Below are positions 1 through 13,207 of a stretch of 64,000 nucleotides of DNA, in pieces. Source of the DNA: Eledone cirrhosa (lineage: Eukaryota); assembly GCA_964016885.1 (NCBI GenBank), contig OZ024742.1, forward strand, positions 244,094,001 to 244,158,000. The letters are read 5' to 3'. The translations under genes and the position numbers were made by a program. The notes below the pieces were generated by a model. It searched no databases and was not told where the DNA came from. It saw nothing but the letters and a program-made list of their open reading frames with translations. Every line of letters starts with the position of its first letter. Position 1 is the stretch's first letter.

Positions 1-33
1 ATAAAATACCCAAGAAAAACTTATATATATAGT

Positions 34-335
34 TTCTGGATGCCCTTCCTAACACCAACCACATTTACAGTGTGGACTGGTTGCTTTTTATCGTGGCACC
101 AAAACGACTACTTTACAAGGTGGACTGCGGGCAATAAGCACCCACTCCACACTGTAAAGTGGCCGTTTTGGTGCTGTGATAAAAAGCACTCAGGCCACAC
201 TGTAAATGTGTTTGGCATTAGGAAGGACATCTAGCCTTTGAAACCAAGCTAGAATCAGTTTTGTATGAGCAAAACACATCTAACCCATGCTTGCTTGGAA
301 AAATGGACATTAAACAGTAGTGATGATGAGAATGA
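34..335. mobile_element. Two RTE 3'-UTR/tail fragments in opposite orientation
   Basis: GGATGCCCTTCCTAACACCAACCACATTTACAGTGTG at ~38 and its near reverse complement at ~195-232. The same motif occurs in the RTE 3' UTRs at 11.8 and 13.7 kb. Ends in (GAT)n at ~320. Confidence 0.7.
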
Positions 336-710
336 TGAAGGATTTATTGTTTATTCTATTGACTCTATCATCACTCTCCTCCTCCCCTCCCCTCTACTAC
401 TTCTTCTTGGGTGGTGGTGATGGTAGTAAAAGTAAAGTTTATTTGAAGATACCTTGTAAACAAAACATATATATGTGTATATATATACATATATATATAT
501 ATTATAGAATTTAAATGTAGATGTGAGACAAAATTATATATTTTTGAAACTTATCTTTTAATTTTTTTTAACATTCACTTTTTTTATTTCTACTCGATTA
601 AAAACTTATGAATAAAATATATTTATTTTTATGTTCGCTTTTTATCTGTACTTGATTTTGCGATTATATACAAACATATATTCATGCATACATAGATTGA
701 TAGCCACACA

Positions 711-744
<34 letters not shown>

Positions 745-747
745 TGT

Positions 748-783
<36 letters not shown>

Positions 784-868
784 CGTACACATACACACAC
801 GTGTGTGTGTGTATATATATATATATATAATTACAACACACACACACATATACATGTATATATATACA

Positions 869-953
<85 letters not shown>
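711..953. repeat. Compound (CA)n/(TG)n/(TA)n microsatellite
   Basis: Directly visible dinucleotide runs; they explain the YIYI/THTH ORFs. Confidence 0.97.
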
Positions 954-955
<2 letters not shown>

Positions 956-1275
956 TAAATATTCTAATCTGAGCATTTAAATATACAAAATAGACTACAT
1001 TAATATATAATATATGTCAACAATGAACCGTGTAAGGGAATCATTATAACAGTCTTATTACATTTATAATTTTAGATTTGAAATATTAAAATCTGGAAAT
1101 GAAAATATATATGTGTGTGTCTGAAATTAAAGGTTTCTCTTTATTTTCAAATTTAGTCTGAGAACTAAATCAATAAAATTGTAAGATTTCTTTAAAAGCT
1201 CTGAGGAAGAAAACAATGTTTGAAAAGGTGATACAATAGATAAATTAGTGGATATATTTACGGAATGGACTTTCT

Positions 1276-1279
<4 letters not shown>

Positions 1280-1362
<83 letters not shown>
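1280..1362. repeat. (GT)n microsatellite
   Basis: Pure GT run. Confidence 0.98.
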
Positions 1363-1365
<3 letters not shown>

Positions 1366-1984
1366 ACATTCCTCTCTTTCTCTGATCATGTTTATTTGAA
1401 GTTTATTTAGTTGCATCAAATGTTATCCCTACTTGTTAGATAAATATTAAAACATTACACACACACACACACACACACACAAAACTCCATTGTGTGTGTG
1501 TGCATATATATATATCTATATATATATCTAAAACATTCCACTAACACTTATATATTTCAAGTAATATTGAGACAAACTCAGCAAAGCTGAGTTTTCAAAT
1601 TTCATCTGATGAGCTTCCACCCAGTTTCTGTCAGCCCAATTTTATTTCCCGGTTTGTCGACCCTTGGCTATGATAAAATACAGGTTCCAAAGCATGTTAC
1701 TTAACAATTTAACCATGTTCACATATGATTATGATTATCACAATGACAATGATGATGATGTGTATGTGTGTGTCTGTGTATTCTCCAGGTCAAACTCATT
1801 GACTGGATTTATGACCAAAGACAACCTAGCCATCATATTCCCATCTTTTCTGGCGTCTCAGTGTGTTCTTCACATCTTTATTGTCAAACCACTAAGTTAT
1901 GGTACATAAACACAGGCATAGACATAAAATGAAAACATACACACACACACATATGCATATATGTAGTAGATTCTACGACAATGC

Positions 1985-2102
1985 ATTGGTCAATCTGAGA
2001 CTATTGCAGAAGACACTTGCCCAAGATGTCAGGCCACAGCAAGACTGAACCCAGAACAACATGGTTGTGAAAGGATCTCCTTAACCACACAGCCATGCCT
2101 AC
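1985..2102 (-). mobile_element. tRNA-derived SINE fragment (AGAAGACACTTGCCCAAG family)
   Basis: The reverse strand gives TGGCTGTGTGGTTAAG (A-box-like) and GGTTCAGTC (B-box-like). Related heads at ~9630 and ~39265. Confidence 0.6.
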
Positions 2103-2680
2103 ACTTCTACACCACCATTTAAAAATAAGTTGTGACATTAATTTGTGCCCTACATAAAACAATAACCACCTCCAATTTACAGTTTGACAAAAAATAAAGT
2201 ATGAGTAGTCACGAGAAAGAGCATCCAGCCATAGAACATAACTGCTTCAAAATGTCTTGTTCAACCTATTCCTGCATGAAAAGGTAAACATAAAAAACTA
2301 TGATGATGATGAGGAGGAAGAGGAAGAGGAAGAGGAAGAGAAGGATTTCAAAGCCAGGCTGTTTAAAATCAAACTGTTATATTATTTTTCTCTTAATAAT
2401 TATGCCTGTAGATTTTTTTAAAATAAAATATATGTAATATCAAAAAGACATTTAAGATTACATAAGTAATCCCATTGATTTTGAACTGATTTACATATTA
2501 CAATCATTGTTATTGTTTTGGTTTTACCATTAAGCTTTATATGAAATTTGCTTGATATAATAATCTTGTAACTTGGTTAAGAAGTTGGATAGTGTTTAGC
2601 AAAAGTTAGGAAATTGACAAAAAGAGTAAAGTCTCCTAAAATATAATCTTTTTTTGTTTAATTTATTATTTTAATTGCAG

Positions 2681-2745
2681 GTTGTCTGTTAGCCAATGAA
2701 CTTCAAATCCCAGTTACAGACTCAATTTTCGACATTCTAATCTAA
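2681..2745 (+). CDS. Putative terminal coding exon of an upstream gene, (G)CLLANELQIPVTDSIFDILI*
   Basis: T-rich tract plus TTGCAG acceptor at 2680, an open phase-1 frame to TAA at 2743-2745, then AT-rich UTR-like sequence. Protein not recognised. Confidence 0.35.
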
Positions 2746-3447
2746 TTAGTAGTTCTTTAATATATAGTTAAATTGCTATTTTTTTTTTAATTAAACCATC
2801 TTATTATTTTTACTGTCAATTTACTTTTTATTTTTATTTTTATTTTTATTTTTATTTTTATTTTTATTTCTTTATTAATTTGTAGCAAATAATTTTATTA
2901 GTGGAATATATCTTATTTTCATATTTATTAACACTGAAGACTCAGAAGTGATTCATGAGATAGTTTGAAAAGGAAAGGCATTCAAAGCATTTTATTGGAA
3001 CAGTTAAATTTGCTAGTGTTATTGCAAGATGAGTAATTTTTGTGTGTACAACAACTAAGGAAGGTCCTCTCGTTTGATTAACTTCCTTTCTCCTCTGTGT
3101 TATGGCTTAGATGTAATTTCACTTCTGCAAGAGTCATTTCAGAAATTGTTATCAACATTATAGCATTTAACTCCGAGAACGCTAGGATTTTATAGAAGTT
3201 ATGTTTCTCTTAAATTAGAATTTCCCCTACCTAACCCACCACCCTGCACAACTATAGTCACTAATTGTCCTTTGGTTTCATTTCTTTTTGCTGTTTGTTA
3301 TTTTAAGGAGTGACCATGCCCATGGCCATTTTAGCCCATCCTATACTGTGGAACCAGGATATCTAGGTGAAGCTAGTGCTAGGAATTCTATCATTGCTAG
3401 GGAGGGGCATACCAGGCAGATTGTTTTGTATAGAGTTTGCATTGTAT

Positions 3448-3625
3448 TTAATCCTTTAGCATTTACATTACTCTATATCTACTATTGTATTTTCACAGTC
3501 AACACTTTATTTTACATAATTATCTCACATAATATTGAATCTATGAGATTTTGATATTTATTTTGAGAACAATATTTTAACATAAGTATGAGCAGCTGGT
3601 TATGGCCAGTTTGAACAAAAAGGAT
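3448..3625 (+). mobile_element. Partial copy of the TTAA MITE seen at 6274-6492
   Basis: Near-identical CTTTAGCATTTACATTACTCTATAT...ATCTATGAGATTTTGAT segment. Confidence 0.7.
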
Positions 3626-3657
3626 AAACATTAGTAAGTTTAAATGATATTGTTGTT

Positions 3658-3850
3658 GGGCAGTGGATTGGCAGTATCAGTAGAGGGTCGGATGTCATGC
3701 TTTGACGCAAAGAGTTACGCCCCTTTACGATCTGAATTCAAATCCCGCCGAGGTTAACTTTGTTTTTCATCCTTACAGGGGTCGATAAACTAAAGTACCA
3801 GTAATGTACTGGGCAATTGTTGGCCTTGTGCCAAAAGTAGAAACAATTAT
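3658..3850 (+). mobile_element. tRNA-derived SINE (GAGTTCAAATCCCGCCGAGG...CTTTCATCC family)
   Basis: A-box-like TGGCAGTATCAG, B-box-like GAATTCAAATCC, body GGTCGATAAA..AGTACCAG and tail GGCCTTGTGCC..AAGTAGAAACAATTATT. Further copies at ~12608, 20021, 26-27 kb, 40775 and 47585 (+), and ~7060, 36250 and 41090 (-). Confidence 0.8.
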
Positions 3851-4300
3851 TGTTGTTGGAGAAGTAATGCTATAATGATCAACATATCTGAATGTAACTT
3901 TATAGAAATAAATAATACCGATATCAATAATTTATTAACTTCAACTTGGTATTTCATTCTGCTAAAAGCTTTTGAATGAATTATTAGAACTTGTGTACTA
4001 TTAAGAAAATTTTAATTTCAGACCGAATATTTGAGAATTTTAGAAATTCTTTTAATTTTTGAAATTTATCAAAAGTAACTCCCAAATGAAATTGATAAGA
4101 ATTTTTTGAAATATTTAGCAATTGTTAAATGAAATTTTACAATAGATTCTTAGAGAGGGACAAATTTGTCCAAAAATAGCTAATCTGTACAAATAGTATT
4201 TCTTTGTGCTATATATGTCATTCGTTGTTAAATACCTTGTTCCTTATCCAATTAATTAAATTGTATCTAAATCTTGATACATCTAATAAATAAATATTCA

Positions 4301-4520
4301 AGTGGAAGCATGTGGCTTAGTGGTAAGTGTGTTTGTCTCATGATCATAATGTTATGGGTTCGATTCCTGGACTGGGTTGTGTGTTGTGTTTTTGAGCAAA
4401 ACACTTCATTTCCAGTATACTCAGCTAAAAACGAGTACAAATAGTAGCTGGGTGTTTAGCACCACAGAAACTGGGATGGGCACTGGCTTGATGAGCCTCT
4501 GGGCTTGAGACAGACTTTAG
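4301..4520 (+). mobile_element. tRNA-derived SINE
   Basis: A-box TGGCTTAGTGG and B-box GGGTTCGATTCC. Related copy at ~54315-54460. Confidence 0.75.
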
Positions 4521-6273
4521 ACTTTTATACATATTCAAGCAATAAACATCTTCCATATGTGGCTTTTCACAGCCATCATCCAACATACTTCTTATACTGA
4601 GTTTCAAATAAGTAGGACGGTTCAGTTCCTTATCACAATAAGCTTCAATCTTAGTATTGAATAGAGAACAAATTTCCTACCACTTTCACTGCATGATCAC
4701 AACAGTCTATTATAACCTTCAATGTTTAACTACATTCAGTTTATTTTAATTGTATTTGTGAAGTGTTGGTTCAACATTCATAGCATAGTTGGTTGGTGTG
4801 GTAAGTGTTGGTTCATTGGTTAATGGCAATCTCAGTATATCAGTATTATATACATAGTAATGATTTTTTTTACTGTCTTTATTCTAAAACACCTTTCCTG
4901 TTTTACCATTAAATCTTATTAGTGGTTAACATCTTTTATTGCTATGAGATAAATTTTAAGAATACTTTTTAACGCATTGTTTCACTGTTGCATTTCTTTG
5001 GATGTCATTTTAAACAAACAAAACACAGATCACTTCTCTTTAGAAATAAAATGACATTACATGATATAAAATTATGGTTAGATTAAAATGCCCACTTCAA
5101 CTCCTCTTTCTAAGGTCAATAAAATAAAGAACCAATCAAGTACTGGGCTCAATTTAATTGATTATAACTTTCCTCCAACTGTTATGGTCATGCAATCAGT
5201 GTTAGAAGCAAATTTATTTACTACAGCAATATTTGGTCTGGCAGTTTTATCAGTTCAGGAATACGAATTTCTTGTCTTTTTATTTTATTTTCTTGTCTTA
5301 ATTCTAACTAAACTGTCTGTAATGACATTTACTTTAGTCATCAAATGTCAAAAACTGTCGATTCAACATTCATAGCCTAGTTGGTATGGTAAGTAAACTA
5401 CTGGCTCGCAACCTGGTCTTTCCACTCTATTTCTCATTTACTAAATATAGTTTTGTCTCAACAACTTTATGGCAAAAACACCCCCACACAAACACACACT
5501 CACCTCCATTCCAAAATGAAGTGTTAGTAGTTGATGAAAATACACTTAAGCAGGCAAGTTGTTCTAGACTGGTGCAATTTTATGAAGTAAAACTACTGGT
5601 CGTATTGTTCAGTACATAAACTAAAGACATGAAAATGTTGGTGCAACAGGTAGTTTGATCAGCCTGAAAAATAATTTGTTCTTCAACAGCTTTCTAGCTA
5701 TAATGAGATTGGTGGTAACAGCTGCAATATAAAATGACCAACTATTAAAGTAAACATCTTCGAAAACACTATTTATTGTGTGAAATAAACACAAAAGTAT
5801 CAAAATATAATTTAAACAAAACAATAAAAATAAATAAATTGAAACATTATTTTCACCCCTTAAACATGTCTACCTTAGAACAATGCATCTTCCCTTTCCA
5901 TCTCCCATATGGCTCTGTGAGGGCTCTTAAGTCAAGTCAACGAACAACAACCTCCTTGGTGCTGGTGTCACAATAAAATACATCCAGTACACTATGTTAA
6001 ATGGTTGGTGTTTGGAAGGGCTTCCAGCCAAAGAAAGGGTTGAGAAAACTCTTCAGTTGTTTCAAGGCCATGACAACCTCCCTAGTGATAATGCCATGAT
6101 AAAATGCACCCAGTATACTCAGTAAAGTGGCTAGTGAAACCAATGTCAAAACTGAAATGTCAGTGTTATGTAGCTCTCAACTCATCTTGGGAGGACAGTA
6201 GTTTTGATTAAGTGGTGACTTGGTTTGTGATGATCCATCCAGCTCATGGCAGCATAGAAAAGTGAATGTTTAA

Positions 6274-6492
6274 CCCTTTAGCATTTACATTACTCTATAT
6301 TTACTATTGTATTTTCATAGTAAAGGATTTACCTATCATAATTATCTCACATAATATCGAATCTATGAGATTTTGATTATTTATTTTTAGAACAATGCCT
6401 TAACATCAGTATGAGCAGCCAGTTACAGCTGGTTTGAACAGAAAAAGGTGAGAGAAATCTGGCCGGATACAGCCGGTTTAAATGCTTATGGG
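6274..6492. mobile_element. Non-autonomous piggyBac-like MITE with TTAA target duplication
   Basis: TTAA|CCCTTTAGCATTTA ... TAAATGCTTATGGG|TTAA, inserted in an RTE-tail remnant. An inverted partial copy lies at ~6784-6890. Confidence 0.75.
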
Positions 6493-8419
6493 TTAATGAT
6501 GATGATTAAGCATAATGAAATTTTACAAAAATTTAACTTGTAGATCTTTGAGCGGAACAATTTATTGCTATTTGCTTCTTGTTGGTATGTATGCTGGATG
6601 TATTGTATGAGGTTGAACGTCAACTAGGCAAATAAAGCATATCAATTTGTTGTTGCTGAGAAGGCTCAGGTGAGTTCTGACTAAGCAGACCTATATCATG
6701 CAAGTAGTTAACTAAATAGTTAGGTGCAACCCACAGATCAATTATGGACTTTAAAGGAGATTTGGCTACTCATTTCATGTTGTTTAACCCTTTAGCGTTT
6801 AAACCAGCCGTATCTGGCCAGAATTCTCTCACCTCTTTCTGTTCAAACCAGCTGTAACTGGCTACTCACACTTAAGTTAAGGTATTGCTACTCAGATTGG
6901 ACAAAGGAAAACATATTTCCATTGATCTGTCCAATACTATCTGTCGGTCACTAATTCAAACAGAAGCATTGCCAATTTTCTGGTGACATGAGGCAGGATT
7001 AGAACTCAAAATACTGAGAGAAAACACTGACTGACACTAATTTATCTCTGAACTTGTTCTTCATTTATCAACCCCAATAGGATGAAAGGCAAAATTGACC
7101 TCAGCAGAATTTGAGTGTAGAGGACCAAAACAAATACTGAGGCATTTAATTGTTTATAAAGGAAATAAATGTAATTAAAAGAAAACCAGATATTTTAATG
7201 TAAAAATTTAATTTTAAATACTCTCAATATACTTTATATTATGGCAGAATACACAAAAATCCATTGAGCTACTGAGTTGGCAAAGTTAAAGCTTTTCTAA
7301 ATACGCCAATCATATATCTCACTTTAGTTCTTATTCAAATGTTGTTACTAATTATTATGAAATGTATTGGTAATGTAAATCTGTAAAAATGTAAACAGCA
7401 AAAAATCTGTAGCTGATGGCAGCTAGCAGTTTTTTTCATTAAGTGATTACTATTAAAATGTTGGCAACATCTGTCACTGAAGACAGTTAACAACATTGCT
7501 CCTTGGTAAATCCTTGTTAAACTGCTTGAGGTATTTGTTGCTAATGACAGTTGTTAATTGTTGCTAAGTTTCCTATTAAAATACCACTGTTATCTGACTC
7601 TAATGACAAGTGACAATGATACTACAATTAGAAGCTTGTAAAAATGCTTACAATGAATGCCATTTATTCTAATTGTTCTCGCTATTCATAAAAATGAACT
7701 ACTCCATTATAAATGCATTTATTCCTAGGTTGTGAAATACTATAGGTCTAGACAACAAACATCACTTAGCCATTCAGAAAAATATATACATGTTTAAATG
7801 TTAGGCCATTCATATATAAACTGTGTCACCTCTTACACTTTAAAGACACCCCATCAACAACATCTTTTATCGTGTATTTTTCTAGATGTATTAACTATGT
7901 CTACCCAATACAACAATATGTTCTATGGGTAGAGAGGTTGATTTTTGTAAATAATTGTAATGATTTTATAGCATTTGAAAGATTCATTTCTGCCAACTAT
8001 ACTGTGTAACATTTCTAAAAATATGAGGTATACTATTAATTAGATATAAATATAAATTAGTCAGAATTTAAGATGTTATAGTTGTTGTTTAGCCCCAAGT
8101 CCACTCTGATCAAGCAGACCTATATGACCAATGGCATTCCAGCTGTAACCATCTCATCTTTTTTTGTATGTAGGAATATATTATCCAATGTGTCCTTCCT
8201 TTTTTAAAGATGGTTGGGTTAGATTTGAAGTAGATTTTGCTTCTATTTCTAACAAATCAAACGACCACATTGAACACAAGTAACCATTTTACATTTCATG
8301 AATCAATTTTTGCATGCATAAGTTCAGATACACCATACAAATCTTAAGCCTTTATTCAATTCTTGTATAAAATATTTTAATATAGATATATTTAGCATTT
8401 TTACAGGCTATAATGATTT

Positions 8420-9310
8420 AATCTGGTGGCTTCCAACCTTTTCTGCAACAGATCCCTTTTATTTAAATGCATTTGCCCATGGATCACCCACTACAATTAC
8501 CCTCTTTTGAAATTGTTATATGACAATAATAATAATAATCAAAAGAGATGCATTTTGTTTAAGTGAAAATGGGTATATAAATGCAAATATGCAGTCTTCT
8601 TCTTGAGTAAAATCATGAAAATTACTTTGAAATGACTCTTGTAGTAACCTAATTTTATTCAACATATTTTGTAAAATCGCCATTATCCTCAATACAGTTA
8701 CACTACTCTTTGAAGTGTAGAAACTGGTTGAAATATTCACTTTCTAGCTGAGAAATAATGAATGTTTTAATTTCATCTTGAATGCATTGATATCACATAG
8801 TTAGGAAACAATTTGTTCCTGCTCTAAGGTTTCAAATTTAGATTATTGAAATGGTTAATTTGATCAGCTTGAAATACTAAATCAAATAGCCAGGTGTGAT
8901 CACATAAAAGGGCATTTTCTTCTGGTTGTTCTGTTTTCTTATCAAGAAAATTATGAAGAGTATTCTTTAAGTTTCTAAAATTTACTCAGAGCTTTTGCTT
9001 TAGAAAGCCAGTGTCCTTCACAATTGAGGATGAGATCACTATATTGAGGTCAAGATAACTATATTGAGATCAAGATAATTATATTGAGGACAGAATCACT
9101 ATATTGAGGTCATGGTGACTGTATTGAGGATATGATCACTGTATTTCAAAACTAACATTTCACAATATTCTCTGTATTTTCATCTATTTAACAATCCTGT
9201 TCTAAATTCATTCATACATTTCACAAGCATCAACATAATATACTACAGTTTTCAAGTTTTTCCATGAAATATTTTTGGTACATATTGATGTGGTGTTTTA
9301 GAAGACAATC
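8420..9310 (-). mobile_element. Decayed hAT (Buster/ZBED-like) transposase remnant
   Basis: Minus-strand fragments resemble hAT motifs: VKCMNEFRTGLLNR (cf. VKIVNFIKARPLNSR), EGHWLSKAKALSKF (cf. EVRWLSRGKVL) and QDEIKTFIISQLES. TIR-like GGTGGCTTCCAACCTTTT near 8425. Confidence 0.55.
9021..9145. repeat. 20-bp minisatellite, about 6 degenerate copies
   Basis: Unit ATATTGAGGTCAAGATAACT with period 20. Confidence 0.85.
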
Positions 9311-10589
9311 ATAAATGTTTTCAGGTTAAGTTATAGCCCCAACAGCTTTACAGATCATTGATGGGGTACTGTCAGTTCAAATACTGATTAGTTTACTGAA
9401 ATTTATTTGTGAATCATGAACATAAAATACCTTATGGTATTTCATAATGCCCAGTTTTATTGAGTTCAAACACACCTAACATGATTATGTCTTTCATCCT
9501 TTGTGGCCAAGAAAATATGTACTGGACAAAATGGGGCCACAGTTCAATGACTGAAACCAGCAAGCAAAAAACAAAAGTGTGTGGGTACATGCACATGTGA
9601 GCACACGAGCACACAGAGTTTCAGAGGTGTAGGTATGATTGTGTGGTTAAATATTTTGTAGACCGGAACCTGTCATATATATATATGTGGGCATAGGTTC
9701 GTCCAAACCATTTAACAACCAATGGTATTTGTTTACACCCCATAGCTGGTTGAGAAATAAATACCAGACTAAAAATAGACACTGGGATCAATATGAACAA
9801 CTAAACTTTTGAAGATGGTGCCCTAGCATGGTCACAGTCCAACAGCTGAAACCAGTGAAAGAGTATATGTGTGTGTGTGTATAAACAAACATACTGCACT
9901 CTTTTACTGGTTTCAGCTGTTGGATTGAGACCATGCTGGGGCACCACCTTCAAAGGTTTAGTTATTTCTATTGATATCAAATTGACTAACACACATGCTT
10001 TCCTCCTGTGGAAAATTATTTTTCTGTCTCTTCCTCTTCTTGCACTTGTCTATCCAACTATTTCTTCGTCTATCTCTCATTCTATTTTCTATTGAAGAAC
10101 TAACTTCTGAAACTTTAAGTCTACTTTCCTACCATATCAAGCGTTCAACTAATATATTTCACCATTGTACTCCTTCCTTGTTGACTTTGCACATATATAA
10201 CACATTGTCTGTCTGTCCACTGCTGCTGCTGCTGCTGCTGCTGCTGATGTCAGCCACAAAAGAAGTTATATATCCTGTCCTATAAGATTTAAGTGAGAAA
10301 TTAAATTACATTGGTACAACTTCAAATTACCATCCTGGTCACTATTTTTTAAAGGAATTCATAAACCAGTCACCAATATATATATTACTTTTCTTATTTT
10401 ATTTTATTTTATTGCAAAATGTTTTGTAATTAGTTGGTCATTTACCCCCACTAAATACACACACACATTAGCTGTAGTTTACTTTAATTATAGATTAATT
10501 AGTTAATTAACTAGTTTATCATAGTCTTCTAACACACAACTGTGGCCCTTTTTAATGATTTGCCAACAACTATATTTCTTCTTCTATCA

Positions 10590-11972
10590 TATTGCCCTTC
10601 AGGCTATAACAGAGGAGTTCAAGACCAGCTGCCCATGGGAACTCCTATACGCAGACGACCTAACACTCATAGCTGAATCAATGGCCGAGCTAGAGAAGAA
10701 ATTCCAAACATGGAAGCACGGCCTAGAATCAAAAGGCCTTAAAATTAATCTGGCTAAGACCAAAGTTCTAGTTTGTAGGAAAGAAAATAAGGCGGCGGTC
10801 CCTTCCAGGAAGTGGCCATGCTCAGTGTGTAGGAAAGGCGTAGGTAGAAACTCCATTTTGTGTCAGAAATGCAAAGTATGGGTGCATAAAAGATGTAGTG
10901 GGATCACAGGTAAGCTAACTAAGAACATAGATTTCACATGTGGCCGGTGCTCCGGTGCAATAAGTAGCAGCAAGTGCCCACAAAATACTAGCTCTTTCAA
11001 CTGCGCAGAGGGCTCTATAGAAATAGTGGACAGCTTCCGTTACTTGGGTGACAAAATCAGCAGCGGGGGAGGGTGCTCTGAAAGTACAGTAGCTAGAGTC
11101 AGAACTGGATGGAAAAAGTTCAGAGAGCTTATACCACTATTAGCCGCTAAAGGGTTCTCCCTAAAAACGAAAGGCAGGTTGTATGATGCCTGCATACGAA
11201 CAGCAATGTTGCATGGCAGTGAGACCTGGGCATTGTGTGCAGAGGATATACGCAGACTAAAGAGGAACGAAGCTTGCATGTTCCGCTGGATGTGTAATAG
11301 TAATATACGTGAACGGCAAAGCATAAACGAACTAAGGAAAAAATTAGAAATAAGAGGGATCAGATGTTGTTTACTCGAGAGAAGGCTACGTTGGTATGGA
11401 CACGTGATGCGTATGAAAGTCGATAGCTGTATAACAAAGTGCAGGGCAATAAAGATAGACGGTAGCCACGGAATAGGCAGACCTAGAAAAACCTGGGACG
11501 AGCTGATAAACTCCGACCTCACACACTTACACCTCTCCAAGACAATGTCACTGGACCGAGACCTTTGGCGGTACTCAGTAATAGAGAAGACCCGCCTTAC
11601 CTAAATACATAGTAAAACCTACTACAGTTAGTAGGCATCTCTAACAAAATACACCCCCCCCCCCCATCCACACCGCCCCCTTCTATGTAAAGTTATGTTG
11701 GTGCCACACCATCCAGGCCGAAACAAATGAGATCGTGTAGGTGTCACGACAAAAAAACACACAGTCCATGCTGTAATGTGGCCGTGTAGGCAACACGGTA
11801 AAAACCTCCCAGACCCACACTGTAAATGTGGTTGGTGTTAGGAAGGGCATCCAACTGTAGAAAACCTGCCAGACAGTCCTATGCGAGCAAGACAATCACT
11901 CTTGCCTCAAGTGGGAAAACCCCCGTCCAAACCCATGCAAGCGTGGAACACGGACGTTAAACGTTGATGATG
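10590..11972 (+). mobile_element. 5'-truncated RTE-clade LINE (RT C-terminal half, 3' UTR and (GAT)n tail)
   Basis: The ORF contains ELLYADDL, FRYLG, LYDACIRTAMLHGSETW, RRLRWYGHVMR and GRPRKTW. Tail GGACGTTAAACGTTGATGATGAT. Confidence 0.95.
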
Positions 11973-12236
11973 ATTTTATTATATATATATTCAAGGGCAA
12001 CCAAGGTAAATTATGGTGCACTTTCATCAGATAAAATACAGATTTGTTTTATAAATAAATATTGACATATCCGGAAAAAAGACAACCTCAACGGTTGAAA
12101 TTTGCTGGATAGTCTATCCACTATATTTACTCCACTAACTTGTTGAGTGCTTTATACCAGTTATAAAATTTTTTAAAGCTTGTTGAATCCCAACAAATTA
12201 AATATAACCTCTGCATATATATATATATATATATAT

Positions 12237-12270
<34 letters not shown>

Positions 12271-12385
12271 ACGTTTAACGTCCGTGTTCCACGCTTGCAT
12301 GGGTTTGGATGGGGGTAGTCCCACTTGAGGCAAGAGTGATTGTCTTGCTCGTATAGGACTGTCTGGCAGGTTTTCTACAGTTGGA
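12237..12385 (-). mobile_element. RTE 3'-end fragment with (ATC)n tail
   Basis: Reverse complement of ~11845-11972. Confidence 0.9.
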
Positions 12386-12862
12386 TATATATATAAAAGA
12401 ATCTGTGTATCCTGTCCTGCTCCTCTGTGTATACCCTACACACACATTTTTGTTGCTGCTGTTGTTGCTTATTACTTGTTGAACTCTTGCTAGCAGAGAA
12501 AACTGACATTAAATGATGATGATGATGATGATGATGATGAGTCAACTAGGTAGATAACAGGTTTAAGGTTGTTTTTGTTTGTATTATAACCAGTCATTAT
12601 TATTATTTTCTGAGTTCAAATCCCGCCGAGGTTGACTTTGCCTTTCATCCTTACAGGGTCGATAAAATAAAGTACCAGTAATACACTGGGTAATTGCTGG
12701 CCTTGTGCCTAAAGTAGAAACAATTATTATTTATCTGCCTATCATGCCCCTGTGTGTGTGTGTGTGTGCAGATTGGTGGTAGTGGTGATAGTGCATGTGT
12801 ATAATTGCACTCTGCCCCATTTATCTATCTAGATGCACAACCATGCATATTTATACTTGTGG

Positions 12863-12864
<2 letters not shown>

Positions 12865-12898
<34 letters not shown>

Positions 12899-13110
12899 AC
12901 ACACACACACACACGCACATGCATATATATATATATATACTTATATACTTATACACACATATATATTCCTACAGAAACACGTGCACATGTTCATGCATAT
13001 ATATATATATATATATATATAAATATATATATATACACTTATACACTCATATATATTCCTACAGAAACACGTGCACATGTTCATGCATATATATGTATAT
13101 ATTTATATTT
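12865..13110. repeat. (CA)n/(TA)n microsatellite with a duplicated ~50-bp unit
   Basis: ATATATTCCTACAGAAACACGTGCACATGTTCATGCATAT occurs twice. Confidence 0.85.
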
Positions 13111-13207
13111 ATACAAGCGTGAAGCTAAGAACACTATGTACTATTGGCTCCTGCGTTTGTTTGTTTATTTGTTCTTTTAAACTATATATATATATATATA
13201 TATATAT

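Noticed and set aside
629-1369. ORFs rich in YI/TH/CV repeats (also 12795-13180, 30079-30387, 60524-60757)
   Set aside because: They are translations of dinucleotide microsatellites.
1606-1640. CTGATGA hammerhead-like cores here and at ~2934, 12024, 26000 and 36026
   Set aside because: None has a stem II directly followed by GAAA with closing stems.
4301-4375. tRNA gene
   Set aside because: A and B boxes are present but there is no clean cloverleaf, and it continues into a SINE body.
4425-4607. 60-aa minus-strand ORF
   Set aside because: It overlaps a SINE 3' end, has no ATG start and has no recognisable motif.
5621-5724. Minus-strand terminal exon after a TTTTATATTGCAG acceptor (LLPPISL*)
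   Set aside because: Too short, and no other supporting minus-strand coding exons were found.
11040-11540. Antisense ORFs over RTE/CRE copies (also 14259-14759, 14799-15200, 47838-48548)
   Set aside because: These are shadow frames of transposon coding sequence.
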